A DNA stretch of 63,656 nucleotides, filler included, from Dugesia japonica (Eukaryota), in assembly GCA_001938525.1 (NCBI GenBank). It is 6 parts of 6 records of this genome, joined end to end, with 100 filler letters (N's around TTAATTAATTAA, not from the genome) between each part and the next. Parts side by side here need not be neighbours in the genome. Positions count along the whole stretch, not along the records: positions 30,705 to 46,529 come from MQRL01592496.1; positions 46,630 to 55,048 come from MQRL01217307.1; 4 more parts are not named here. The stretch is one strand, 5' to 3'. Each line of letters opens with the position of its first letter. Within the stretch, counting starts at the first letter, position 1. Made by a program: the position numbers and the translations under genes. Below, one piece after another: positions 36,936 through 51,143 of this stretch. Under the pieces are notes generated by a model. The model did not search any database, was not told the DNA's origin, and was given only the letters and a program-made list of their open reading frames with translations.

Positions 36936-39900
36936 TAATCGTAAATTTATTTCATGAAATATTATGATGAACAGTTTTGGAAAAAGATAAATGGATACTA
37001 CAGATTGGTAAGACAATTTTCACCCGTTAACGCACAATTTAATTTTAAATTTTTATGTGACGCAGTGCAGGGAGCTAAATGTTTACAGAAGTTTAGAAGT
37101 GAATAATACAAACACTAAAATACGTCTAATAAAAGCAATACATGTCAAGTGTAGGTATATTATTGTTTATTGTTCTTATTCTAAAATTAGAATGAAATAA
37201 GGTTTAGGTAGAGTATTAGAAAAATTATAAAGCCTGTCCTCAAAAGAGGACGCTGGATGCTAATGAGTTAATACGAAAATTGTATTCCAATAAATATGAA
37301 TATTTTGACATGTCAGTATATGCTTAATATTCTCAGAGGTGTAGCTAGGGGGCAGGGGGGACAAAAATCCCCGGGCACCAGACCAGGAGAGCGCTAAAAT
37401 GGGGTTTGAAATATTTGAATTGACACTGGAATTTTCAACGACTGTGTATATAGTTTTAATAATATTGATGATAACATTAAATTTCAAGAAAACCAAGACA
37501 GGAAAACGTTGGATAGTGTATGTTAGTTATTGCAGTTTTCGTCATTTTAATGAAAACTATTAAATACAATTTTTTCTTCCAAACTTTCTGAACGCTTAAC
37601 TTTAAAATTGCCTTTTGCAATTTTTCTGTCTTTGACATTTACTTTAAACAAGTTTTTATATTTATTTGAATAATATATTTCAAAACTATTTTTATTAAAA
37701 CATTCAAATTGAATTAATTTTAAATTGAAATCAATTTCTGATAATAAAAATTTTGTATAAAAGTTTTCATACTAAACATTTACATTTAAAAACTTTTCAA
37801 AATAAACAAAATTAAATTTTAGAAAAATTTACAATTAAAATTTTAAAACATTAAAAGATTTACGCATTTTAAAAATATCAAATAGTGTAAATAAAAAAAC
37901 AATTATTCCATTAAAAACTTGACGACTTAGGTTGGTAATAATACTACATTTCATAAAATTTCATATTAAATATTTTAAAATATAAAATAAACAGCTAAAA
38001 TTCATTCCATTAATAATTGTATGTTAATCCACGTAAATATTCTTTGATTGTTCAAAAACAGAACTTTTGTATAATTGTAAGGATTCTAATATTTTCTTTG
38101 TGTTAAGTTGCTAACAAGCAATTAATTGCTTATATTCTTTGTCTCTTCAACCTTGAACCTTTTTAATTTCATTTGTAAAGTTCTATATAGAGTGATCAAC
38201 TTTGAATTCTGTTTGCTTTATGTAGCCCGTAGACTCTTTTAACAAGACTTTCTTTTAGTTTGTTGAGATGCCTTTGGGATTTTGCAATGGCAAATCAACA
38301 AGATCGTGAGTTTATTTTTTTAGAAAATATTGAAATCCAATAGTAATACTTTATACGTGCCTCGTCCTTAATATGATTTTTATAGATAAAGTAATCTGAT
38401 ATAAATATGCTATATAGTCAACTATATGAATAAAACAATGTCTTTACTTTCAATGACTTTATTTCTTGACAAAATTCGTATAAATAAACTTTTTAAAACT
38501 AATAATTACAAGTTATTGATTTTGAATTCTAAAGTCTTAAACTGTAGAAGTTTTAGACTATAATTTAGAATTTTTAAACGGGTAATGAAAATAAGATTGT
38601 AGTGTCTATTTATACTAGAGATATACATGCAGACCATAAATATTTTCAAAAAGTATATAGCAATTCATTAAAATTATAAAAATTACTTGATTAAATTTTC
38701 TTTTTCTTTAGTTATTTATATAATTATTAATCAATAATTAATACAATATTCATGATAAACAAAATTTGCACTTATAGAATTATTAATCGATATACAATAT
38801 AATATTCGTATTGTTTAAATAATTTGCATCATTCTAATAATACAATGAGATTAGCATAGTGAAATTTACATAATTAAATAATAAAATAAAAATTGCTAAT
38901 AAAATAAAAATATATAAAACCAAAAAATATAAAAGATGTGGTGTTAAAACAAATTCAGAAAATCAATTAATAAAATGTCGGTTTAAAATTTATTGTTGCT
39001 GGATTGATGTTGATTCGAATCTGTTAGTTATATGCATTTGTGAGCTTATGTGTATGTGTATATGCATGAGATTGTTTATGAGATTTCCTCAACAAATTAG
39101 ACTCTTTAAACAAACGAATATTACAAGGGACAAGATAATTATATAAGGATAAATTATATAAGTAATTAGTTGCTTGTTTGCAATCTAACACAATAGAACA
39201 AAGCAAATATTAAAATCCTACATAAAGAAGACGTAATTAAAGCCTTTGAACCGTTTATTCCATATGAAAGATGACACATGTTTTAAAAATGCAATATATA
39301 AGACAGGAAAATGTAAGATTATGTATGTTGGTTATTTCAGTTTTTACATAATTCCTTCACGAACATTCTAAATGGCTATTGAAAATATTACCCTCTATCT
39401 ATATATATTCTGTTCGGACGTCAAATGCGATTGTCTTCAAACCCATTTATAATGCATTAAATATTGTTGCGTGTTCTGTTGATCAATTTATTTTACTAAA
39501 GCAAAATTGAGATCCTTATTTTAATGTGCATCAATTCTTTATCCAAAATTTTCATTTTTTATCAATTGAAACTACCGTAAATATGTAATACGGAATAACA
39601 GTTTTGATAACATTATGGATTGGAATTTTAATAGATTTTATCACAGAATATGGAAATCGGTTTTATTTGGTAACAACACAATAAAGTAATCTCTTTTTGA
39701 AAATATGGTAACAACTTGAGAAAATTGCCGTGGTGCTATTCTAGAAATTCCATCTATATAAATGTGTTAGAGCACAAAGTTACTTATTTTATTTATTTGT
39801 AAATTTAACGTGTAGGATAATCAAAATTTGACTCTTTAAACAAACGAATAGGTTTGGGTAAACATGACACTTGTTTTGTTTCCCAAAAAGACAGAAACAA

Positions 39901-40486
39901 CTCTGGAAAAAGTAATCCAAACGCTCAGGAAAACTGTGGTTTGTTGTTAGTGCAAAATAAGGCTTACTTCAATCAAATAAGGAGCCATTTTGTGAATTGG
40001 ATTAATTGCAAAATAAATAGATATTACCACAAATTGAAAACTGCATCTTCTTTAACCAATTTTATTTCAACAATAATTCTGCAATTGTTTTTTTCAAAGT
40101 TTTATTCTTTAATAATTGTGTAACCCAACTAAATTGCAATCAGTATTTATACTTATTCTTCAACATACATACTAGTCATATAATCATCGTCATAAAATGT
40201 AACATCCAACACATGTAATTTAATTTGGATTTTCCAAGAATTAACTGCTTTTATCAGATGTTTATTAGCATTTTAAGAATTAAATTTTTAAATAAATTTA
40301 CTAAAACACTTTTTGACAAACCATTGTATACTTTAATCTTGTTTTCTGTACAGTAGCAAATATTACAATGAGTTAATAAGAATTTGAAAGATATTTGCAC
40401 TTGTTTTAATTTAAATTAATACAAATAGATAAATTTCAAATCATTTAAGTGATCATTTAAAGTGACTTAAAATTTATATATATAAA

Positions 40487-42485
40487 TTTTCACATAAAGA
40501 CTTTTCACATAAAAACTTTTCACATAAAGACTTATAATAATATATTAGATCAAATAAATAAAAGATCAGAAGAACAACAATTAAGAATTTAACTTTTATT
40601 TATCAATAAATACAAATTTATTTTTGAGTAATTTTCCCATGCTTAAAGGATAGTCACCTATATCTCCATTTTTCACATTTTGCATAGGATTGAACAATAA
40701 TTTCGATCTTACTATTATTGACAATATATTTTTGTTTAATTGGATGTCTGATTTTAGTATGACCTGCCAGCAGTGGCGAATTCATAATTTTATCATCTCT
40801 TTCATCATTTTTCAAATAATCTATGAATTTCCATATTGTTGCATGCTTTGCAACAACTACTTTTTGGAATCGAGAATGCAATCCTTCGAAAACATTATTT
40901 GTCCTCCTATATCCAGGAATTACAGAATTATAACAATTTCAAGTATTGACAGCAAATTTATGAGTAATTAAATTCCAATTATTATTATTATTATTCCATT
41001 ATGTTCTGCTCCAATATATACACGGCCAATATATTTCACAAAATCTTCTAATACTGGAGATGAATTGCTTAAAAGGTCTTTGAATACATCAATTATATCT
41101 TCTTCAGGTATATATGGAAGAGCCATATATTTTAACAAGGAATCTTTTATTTCTATGCTTCTTATACTCATATATAGCCGAGAAAGACCTTCTTCTTGGA
41201 CTTTTCTTCATAGAGATTGATTAAAATGAAAAAAATATCCTTTAACTTGACTATTTGAAAGGACTTCTGATATTGCGCTTATGGCTCCAATTTCAAAGTC
41301 CATAATAATAGTTTCTGGATTAAAAATTAATCCGTTGCTAAGTGCAGCACTGATGATATGGTGATAAATTATTTTATATGTATGCTTCGATTTACGAAGA
41401 CACAGAACATAAATAAAAGGAAAGCTTTGCCCTCGAACTTCTCCGTGTATTGTATATCATTGGGAAAAAATACTTGGAACTGTATTAAATCTCCCATCGG
41501 CATATAAATGAGGACTTCTAATTATATATTTAAGCCCTTCACCAGAATAAAATATTAAAACTCTTTGAATATCTTCAACTACAGAATCAATTCTAAGAAA
41601 TGGTGTACCAATATATGTAGTATTATATGGCGAGTTTATTATGCAACATGAATTAGTATTAGGAATAATTGGTCTTAAGAAATTTTGTATCCTTTTAACT
41701 ATCTTAAGCATTGGTGTTTTTTCCGCTATACCGGCCAAAACATCCAAATCGTTTATAGAACGTAACTCTTCTTGTATTAAAGTAGAGGACTGAGCAGTAT
41801 GATTTTCCAAGGTTTTATCCTTTATCCTTTGTGTCACCTTTCTGACTATGATATCACAAGGATTTGGAAAATGAGAGTGTGGCTTACTCCAATATACTAT
41901 AATATCATTGCTGCGAGAAACCAAATTCGTTGTTAGTCTACTATTGCATATTCCTAATTTCGTGCAAACCCAGTGCATTCTAGTTGACATTTTAGAGTTT
42001 AAGTAATATTTAAACTCATTATCTGTAAGCATCAACTTATTTTTAGTTGTGTTTGTAACTGTAAACATTAAAAATCTCTGCAAATAAAGTTTATTTAAAG
42101 AATTTTGGTTTAATATAAATTATACGATAAATGTCGTGCCAAACCTGTTTCAATAAACAACTACTAGTTTTAAAAGATTAAATTGAAATATTGATTAACA
42201 TGCTNATGCAATTTTCATCAAGATATACTGTAAAATATTTTATTTAAGTTTAAATAATTAACTTGTACATTTTATGATTATATTATCTGGTATTTATTTC
42301 ATAAACCTTTGACCTATTTGATCTAATTAAACATTAATCATGCTGATGTTATTATCTAATATAATAATTTGATTTATTTTATTCTTAATAATGCCTGATT
42401 TGTTCTTCTGATCTTTTATTTATTTGAACTAATATATTATTATAAGTTTTATGTGAAAAGTTTTTATGTGAAATGTCTGTGTATC
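40487..42485 (-). mobile_element. Mutator-like (MULE) element with FLYWCH domain, degenerate, TIRs of ~90 bp
   Basis: HWVC...HSH (FLYWCH), YADGRFNTVP, IMDFEIGA, GYFFHFNQ and HATIWKFI; TIRs ~40487-40577 and ~42400-42485 with internal TTTTCACATAAA repeats. Confidence 0.92.
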
Positions 42486-42869
42486 ATACCACTTTGTAGG
42501 TAAATAATAGAGCATCTCAAAACATTTCCTCTACTACTAGTTACCTTGGATAAATAGAGAAAAAAATTTAAAAAATTAATTGATAATTGGACAATTTCTA
42601 GCAGATAATTCTAATACGAGTTTTAATAATTTCCATTTAGCAAGCTTTAATGTGCAAAATAAGTCTTTCGGATCATTGACAACATATCTGAAATGGAAAT
42701 TATGGAGGAAAGAAATACTCTAATAATTACGACATCAATGATTGAGTTTCCGATCATAAATGTTTGTGTCATTAATTATTCCATGGTTATAAATATAGTA
42801 ACATTATTACTGATTTAGACTACTTACTCACAAATACTGAAGTCATTCGTAAATGAAAATCAAGACAAG

Positions 42870-43060
42870 TCAACTCCTACTCTCTGAAATCGAATCAGAG
42901 AAATAACTCAATCCCTTGCGAACTAATAAAGAGTCATCAAAGTAACTCCAAAGACAGATTAAGGACTTTTCATATGTGTTGATGTTTACTGTGGTTTTCA
43001 ATTTTATTGCTAACTGTAAGATATGAGCAAAGATAAGTTCAACCAATAAGTTCACCAATA
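42870..43060 (-). mobile_element. hAT transposase fragment
   Basis: FAHILQLAIK resembles the hAT CxAHxLQL motif. Confidence 0.4.
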
Positions 43061-44046
43061 TAAGTTCAACATATTTACATACATTTATAATAACATATAT
43101 AAAGTATAAAGAATATTAGATAATATTTCATGTAGTGTGGTATTTACAATTAATTTTCTAAATTCTATTATTTTAATGTTTAAATATAAAATAAAATAAA
43201 ATATATTTGAATTTTGAAAAAATTGCATTATATACAATTTTATTTTGAAATTCATAAAGAAAGCATTGTCTTTACCAAGAATAAATGTAATTACACCTTA
43301 ATCTGTTTTTGTGAGACTTTAATTTAACGCGATTTCAAAAAATAATGTTATTTTTATACCCGTTTAGATGCTCATATATGTACATATTTTCAATCGCGTT
43401 ATAACAAATTTGCATTCAAAGAAACTCGCCTAAACAGAATTTGGTATATTGATCATGTTTTTCGATTACACATAGAATGTTATTGAAGAAAAGTTAAGAT
43501 GGAGTATGATACACTATTTGCATATATTTGTAGTAAAATTTAATGAATGTGTGAAAATTGAAAAATTGATTGTAAAAAATGATAATATTCTTAAAATGAT
43601 TTACTATGTTAAAAATGTAAATATAAAATAAACATGAATAAATCAATGTTTTTAGTATACGCATTTGAGATTTTATTTTGTCATTACAGTATATGCGTTT
43701 GAGAAATTTTAAAAATGTTCTCTTTATTAATAAGAAAGTTAGAATAATGCATTTTATTGTTAATAGCCTTTGTATTTTACGAATAAATATTTAAAATAAT
43801 ACATAAATTCTATAATGATTTATTAATTATAGTCAATTATGATATAAATTTCTCAATTATAATGAAACAAACATAATTCCATAATAAATAATAAATTTAT
43901 GTTTTAATTTACTAAATTATAATTTTGTTACAATAAATAATAAAATCACAATTAGCACGTAATTTTAATTTTGAAAATTTGTCAGCTGAATTAGATTTCG
44001 TACTTTCATTAATTTTTAATTAAAATTAATTGAATATTTTCAGCTT

Positions 44047-44470
44047 ATGAAAAAAAATCCTTCGAGTTTTGAAATAAATAGTTATTTCATTCAAAATCAA
44101 AATGTAAGTAGAAATATAGCCCGATCTCATTTAGAATATATTTGCAATTTGGATATTGATAGTGAACCAGATGTAGTGAGAAGTTCTAGCATTATTTGTA
44201 CAATTGGTAAGTCATTCCGGTTATATTCTTTAATTTTACTTTACTCCTTAAACAGGACCTGCTTGTCGTAATGTAAACACTTTGAAAAAAATGATTGCTT
44301 CTGGGATGAATATAGCTAGAATGAATTTTAGTCACGGATCTCATGAATATCATGCGGAAACAATTAAACTTGTTCGAGAAGCAGTCGAAACATTTACTCC
44401 ATACTACAGACCAGTTGCTTTGGCTTTAGATACAAAAGGACCAGAAATAAGAACTGGTTTGATTAATGGG
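44047..44470 (+). CDS. PK: Pyruvate kinase, first two coding exons (44047-44206, 44256-44470); remainder not found in this contig
   Basis: SSIICTIG|PAC...[17 protein letters not shown]...[15 protein letters not shown]; 49-nt GT-AG intron; donor at 44471. Confidence 0.96.
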
Positions 44471-44759
44471 GTAATTTATTTGTTATAAACATAATTAATT
44501 AATAATAATAAAAATATATTTTGTTAAATGTAAATTCTAAATTTCTTATTAATTGATTATTTTATTTATAAGATTTTCTTTTTGGAATTATTTATATAAA
44601 TTATAAATTTTTACAAGAAAATTAATTTCTTTATTTCAATTTTCATCTGCTTCTAATAAGTCAATGTTTATCGCTACCAAATCGGTTTTTAACTATTTAC
44701 TTACAATAATTTCATGCAATTACCAACTATAAAACAACTAATCACCAAAAGTTGATAAA

Positions 44760-45060
44760 TTCGTAAACGTGAAAGAAGTTTTTTAAACAAAGACTTGTAC
44801 ATGTGATTAAGATGTCATCGTTTCGTTGCTTAGTGTTTTGAGGCATATTAAACAAAACGGCAGTGAGGGATCGTTTTCTGAGGCAAAACATCCATATTTC
44901 AGGTATTCGTCTTGATACTTTCGCTTTTAGCTTGCTGATGACAATTATGAAGGAATTTTCTTGTTTTGCATTCTTCTAACTTGGCTGATCCCTTTTGTCA
45001 CTCGTATCTTTTCTAATCAGAAATCTTTCTATTTAGTTTGGAAATTTCTCTATTCGTTTA
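44760..45060 (-). mobile_element. hAT Charlie/Buster (ZBED5-like) N-terminal remnant in a pyruvate kinase intron
   Basis: KRKYQDEYLKYGCFASENDPSLPFCLICLKTLSNETM. Confidence 0.75.
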
Positions 45061-45544
45061 TATTGAAATGATCAAAAAAAAGCTGAATTAAGTAAAGAAA
45101 ACAGTGCTGCTATACCTTTTAACCAGTTAATTGCGGAATTTATTTATTGCAACTGTGCAATAATGAATAATGTACAGAGAAATTACGATATACAAGTAAA
45201 ATACGAGGAATATCAGATCCATCAGGAAAATATTAAATCTTACTGAAATTTGGTGTTTTTATATCGAATGATAATTTTTTATTTTACATGACGTATTTAC
45301 ACACCAACTCTATCCTAACCAAGATTTGGGTTGACGTGTCTGATTAAATGTGTCAAATATTAGTTACAAAAAATTATTAATAAAAAAAGATAAAATATTT
45401 TCCATGGCTTCAATAATAACGAAATATTTGGAATTTAAAAGATATATTTTTCTTTCAAAAATTAATTATTAGAGTTCCAATATATCTAAGGAATTACAAT
45501 CGCATTTGAGATTTCATTAAAATAAGACAAAGCTTCGATCAAAA

Positions 45545-45792
45545 TAAAAATCGATAATAATCAATAGTAATAATTATTAATAATCAATAATACTAAAAAT
45601 AATCAATAATAATAATCGATAATAATAATTATTAATAATCAATAATACTAATAATCAATAATAATTATTAATAGTCAATAATAATAATCAATAATAATAA
45701 TAATCGATAATAATAATTATTAATATTCAATAATACTGATAATAATCTATAATAATTAATAATAATCAATATTAATAATCAATAATAATAAA
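45545..45792. repeat. Degenerate (AATAATC/AAT)n low-complexity tract within a Penelope terminal-repeat remnant
   Basis: Flanked by AAGCTTCGATCAAA and GTCTTCTTCAGGAA of the second PLE family. Confidence 0.7.
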
Positions 45793-46529
45793 GGAGAAAG
45801 ATAAAACACGTAATGAAATATTAGACATTTTTGTAATATTATAGTCTTCTTCAGGAACATGTTGGCTTCTTGAGATATTCAATACAATAGATCTTTGCTA
45901 CTCAATTCTTTAGATTTTATCGAAATTTTATTGGTTAATTTTTATTTTAATTATGAATTTTTATTTTTAATCAACTTAAAAAATTTCCAAAAATGTTTTT
46001 AATTTATACGAAAAAGTCTTTTAAATATTTTAGATATTTTAGATATATTATACTTAGAATTTTTTAATTTTAAATTTTTGTGTTTTTTTTTATATATAAT
46101 TTATGTTATTTTTTATAAACTTCTTTTTAAAATTCATTCAAAAATGAACTAATTTTGCACAAAATTATAAAATAAATTTTTTTTGAACTAAAAGTTTTTT
46201 AATTTTTAATTAATATTATTTCGTTTTTTATATTTTTTATTTATAAATATATTTATTTTAAACATTATTTATAGATATTGATAAATTTTTTTTTTAATCA
46301 AAAATATTTTTTCAAATATTGTAATTGTTGAACACTACATTAATCTGAGGTTTATCTTCTTTAATTAAAATTTGTTCATGTTTCTTTCTGTGAAGTGTAA
46401 AAATGTAGCCTGTTCCCAATGGTTTCCATGTAATATGATGATTTTCTGGTAAACTATTATGTTTGTATATAAACATCTATACTCAAATACAGAATGTAAT
46501 AAAATCAAACAAAAGACAAATACAGTAAT

Positions 46530-46629
46530 NNNNNNNNNNNNNNNNNNNNNNNNNNNNNNNNNNNNNNNNNNNNTTAATTAATTAANNNNNNNNNNNNNNN
46601 NNNNNNNNNNNNNNNNNNNNNNNNNNNNN
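46530..46629. other. Artificial contig linker
   Basis: 44N-TTAATTAATTAA-44N. Confidence 0.95.
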
Positions 46630-49600
46630 TAATTCATGACAAAGATAAAAGTCGAAAATTCGTATTATTAACAACTAAGAAATACTAAAAAGAACATTTT
46701 GCAACACAAATGAAAAGACAATTTGTTCATACAATATACTATATAATTATATTTTATTATGAAATCAATAATCTCAATATATTTATTAACGTTATTTTCA
46801 CGAATAAAGTTATTGTCAATCAACTCAAAGACAAACCAGTGAATCGCCGGCTGAGTGGGTCAATTCTAAAATGATATTGCCCAGTGATTCGACGGCTTTG
46901 TGTTGCAATAGGTTAATGAAATCTCAAATACGATCAATGTTAAAGTCCAAAAATTATTCTAGCAATAATTATAATTGTAAAATTAAATTAATATTCGATT
47001 ATTATTAACGGTTTTGATATTTATGCGGTTTACAAGAATTAAAGTGATAACTACTAAATACACTTTAAGTTCTTTTTCACTAATTAGTTTCAAATAGAAA
47101 ATTGACTTCACTTAAAATGAATGAATTATTAATTTAATTCGCATCTATCGTCTAGCGATTTACCTGGTAATTACTATCACGACACTTGTATCAGTAATTA
47201 TTGGTCAACAAAAATTTAAGTTTAATTAAACAAAACTGCATCGGATGACATTGTAAGCCATTTTATCACGCATTCATTGCTTCTGAAACTGAATATTGGA
47301 AAATTAGGAAAAGACTAATAAATTTTTTTTCCGCCAAAGTACTTTCGTTAAATTTTTAGTGTATACATCCTGCTTTTTCATGAGTCTGGTTAACCGCCTG
47401 TAATATCGTTCATTTTCAATAATTTAATTATTTTATTGTAATGCAAACTTCAATATATTTAGTTTTTATGGTCATACGTATGAATCAAGTAACTGACTTT
47501 TTCAAATGGTCATTTTACTTGACCTTCAATTGTTTATTGTTGTTTTGTTTGTTTTTTCGGGGTTAATATTTCCACTAAATATTTGGTTTTAAATTTTCCA
47601 GAATATTAAACGTTTTACATGTTTGGATAAATTTCCTCAACATCCTGTCCCAAATTTTCAACATATTATTGATAAACATAATATTTTTACAATTGCAATT
47701 ATTGCGAGAATAATTGTTGGACATAACCATTGATCGTTTTACAGAATTAATTTAAAATTAAAGCTTCGATCAAATTTTTTTTTGATATTTGGCAAGATTT
47801 CGATATTTAGACTTTTGGTTGTAAATATTGGTTGTAAAATAATTAATATTAATAATTTTAAAAGATTGCGCAGAAACTTTAAGAATTATTGGAAGAGAGT
47901 TGTGGTTAGATCGATTGATCCTTAACTTAATTTTTTTGTAAAATAATTTGGAATGAATAATTTACAACCATTTCTATGGTCTTATTATTTTTGGATATTA
48001 TTATTGTAATAATTATTTACTTAATTAGAATTTTATGTATTTTTTAGATTAAATGCTGAACAGCTGTCTAAGTGTATTTTATGAAACGAAACAAGTAAAA
48101 TATGTATTTTTTAGTTTAGCAAATTAACAATGAGCTTCTACTCACATTAACCATGTAATTTAATAATAATGAAAACATCAATTAAACTATATGTAAGTAA
48201 AAACGAAACTGATTTATTTTTAAAATTGAAATATATTAGAAATAAAATATTGAAAGACAAAAAATTACAGAAAATAAAAATTTCATGATATTACTAAAAT
48301 TCATAGATTAAATTAAAATATTTTAATTAAAATCAATATAATTAATTTTAATTGACTTTTAAAAAATAATTAATAAAAATTACTAAATTTATGGTTAAAA
48401 TTAAAAATTACTAGTGAAATAAAAATAAAATAAATACGAACATTAGCGTTACACCAAAAATAGCAATTAGAAATTGNTTAAAATAAATGATTAAATAATA
48501 ATTATAAATAGATATTTTATCGTAAATAAAAATTACAGTTAATACACCAGAGCAAATTTTTATTCCATTATTCGAGTGGTGTTACAGATATATTGTAAAA
48601 AAAATAACGTTAAGAGGACTTTTGCATTTCCTGCATCGCGTTATAGGATGGTTTACTGTAAATACATATCTAATAATAAAATAAATAGCAATTAGATTCG
48701 AATTTTAAAGTTCAAATAAATTATTTTTACAGTACACATCAAAATGATATAAAAAGTAGAAAACCTTTTAAAAAGTTGAATATCGAGAGAAAATTTGAAA
48801 AAAATAATTAAATAGTTAACATGTTATAAGAAATATTTAAAAAACAAGGACAACCCAACGCAACTTATTGCAACATTTAAGCAAAAATGCAACTATTTTG
48901 ACACATTTTAAAATAAGTGTATTTTTTATTATTATATTTTATTTTTTTATTTTACCCATAACACATCTAATTCAAACTCAATCGCTAGAAACCAAGCAAA
49001 ATACGTGAGATAATATAAAAAGAATTTATTGCGGGAGCAAATGGAAGTCTATATTGCATTCAATACAACAAACTTTTATACTTGCAACTTTTGGGTTGCC
49101 CTAGTAATAACAGAAAATGTTTTAGAAGAGTTATAAAACTTTATTAAAATTTAGAAAAAAATATTTTCAAAATTTCAGAAAACTACGAACCGTACTAATA
49201 CAAATTAATATCATAATTACAACATTAAAATTAAGTAATTAATATATCTGATAAAAGAAATATTGTGCAATTGAGAATTATTAACAGCAAAATAAATACA
49301 ATTTTTGATAGACATGGATAATATGTAAAGTCTAACTACAATTAATCAAGTGTGAAATTAACAGACTTTTCCATTCGAAATGCATTTTCTGGTGACATTC
49401 AAAAAATGAATCATAAAATCTGGTAAATTCTCAAAGTAAAAGCAACTTAACAACTGAAAATACACATAATAATGATATTTTTTAATTACCTTAAAACAAA
49501 ATGCAATTTAATAAAACGCAGCGATTACATTTAATGAAACACGTGATGAATCATACTATTTTATAAAGCGCCATTATTTACAATAATTTTTATTTATACA

Positions 49601-49654
49601 AATATCATAAAATCCATATAAGGCACGAAATAATAATGATAATAATAAAAACTA

Positions 49655-50575
49655 TGAAACGCCATTTAAATATATATTTTTTACTATATGTTTAGACAAT
49701 ATCTGTCGTCTCCAGATACAATATTTAATCATTTTTTAAAACAATTTTTAATACTTTGTTTAAATTGCTTATATATAAAAAATTCTGATATGTAATCANT
49801 TATGCAATCTCAATTAATCAAATTAATTAAAAAGATTCAAGAAAGATTTGAAAAAACTAGTTTGAACATTAATTTTTGGATCAATTGATCTAATCAGCAA
49901 TGTTTCACACAACTCTTTTTCAATAATCTTAAAACTTTCTGTACAACATTTTAAAATGATTTATACTGATAACTTATTTACAATTAATATTATTTTCAAC
50001 AATAGTATTTCAACCACCAACTCTAGGACACTCCTGAATTCTTGTACAAATATGACGGGAAAATGTATTGAAGTCTCTTCAATGTATGAGGCATTCATCC
50101 ATTACATTCATATTTATAAACAAGATTAGAACGCAATTGAATTGGTGTTTTAGACTTATTACTAAACATATTTATGATATTATAAGATTGCGAAACAACT
50201 TTAAAATCCAGTCATTTCTATATTTTAACAGCCCATTCTTAAATTGTTTAAATCCTTACGAATACGTATAAATGATACGTAACTAAACATATCTTTTTTA
50301 TCTGGGTCCTTGATAAGACTTTTCTCAATTTAAATTATTATTACCATTATTATTGACATCTTTAGTTTCATTAATATTTTAAAACGATCTTATCAATTGT
50401 TTCACGCTTTAATTTCTCCATAATAGATATACAATAACCATTTTTATTCAGTAAAGAAGTTAACTTCGAATATTAGCACAAGACTTCCACGATCTATACA
50501 ACAGTCCTTTAATCATGTACTTGTAACGAAATTCACAAAAACTAATAGGAGATGTACACATGCCTGTATTCGTGA
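49655..50575 (-). mobile_element. Penelope-like element 3' part (diverged relative of 8855-9725)
   Basis: Collinear similarity with GIY-YIG remnants (YIEETS..FSRHICTRIQE) and a decayed hammerhead at ~49690-49720. Confidence 0.75.
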
Positions 50576-50611
50576 GGTGAACCCATACCAACTACATCAA
50601 ATTATAATAAC

Positions 50612-50646
<35 letters not shown>

Positions 50647-50651
50647 TTTAT

Positions 50652-51143
50652 AATTACAATTATTTCGAGAATAATTGTTGGACTTAACCATTGATCGCAT
50701 TTGAGATTTCATTAGAATAAAATAATAGCTTCCATCAAATTAAATTGTTGTTTAATAGATATTCAAATTTTCGACTATTGTCTTCTTCAGGAATGTGATG
50801 ACTTTTTGATAGATTTAATCGATATTAGAACAACAAAATTGTTTATATTTTAGATACATTTTGTTGGTTTATTTAAATTATAAATTTTATTTGAAATTTA
50901 ATCTCAAAATTTTTAAATGTTTAATTATTAGTTCAATTTTATTAATTTTTTTAAAAATTCATTTAAAAGCTTCAATCAAATTTGGTTTTTTTGGTTTTTG
51001 ATAATAATTCTATATTTTGACTTTGTCTTCTTCAGGAATTGACTTTTAGAATTGACTTTTGATCGAAGCTTTTATTTCAATGAATTCTGATAAACGATCA
51101 ATGGGTACGTTCAACAATTATTCTCGCAATAATTGCAATTGTA
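50652..51143 (-). mobile_element. Non-coding Penelope-derived unit: two tandem terminal repeats with hammerheads, bounded by inverted tails
   Basis: Hammerheads at 50761-50794 and 51006-51040; ends 50652-50740 and 51058-51143 are inverted copies of each other. Confidence 0.7.

Noticed and set aside
37336-37400. GC-rich island resembling a structured RNA
   Set aside because: Looks like an isolated DNA-transposon terminus; no ncRNA motifs
20736-44470. Functional clustering of GPCR, PPIP5K and pyruvate kinase
   Set aside because: They lie on different contigs separated by artificial linkers
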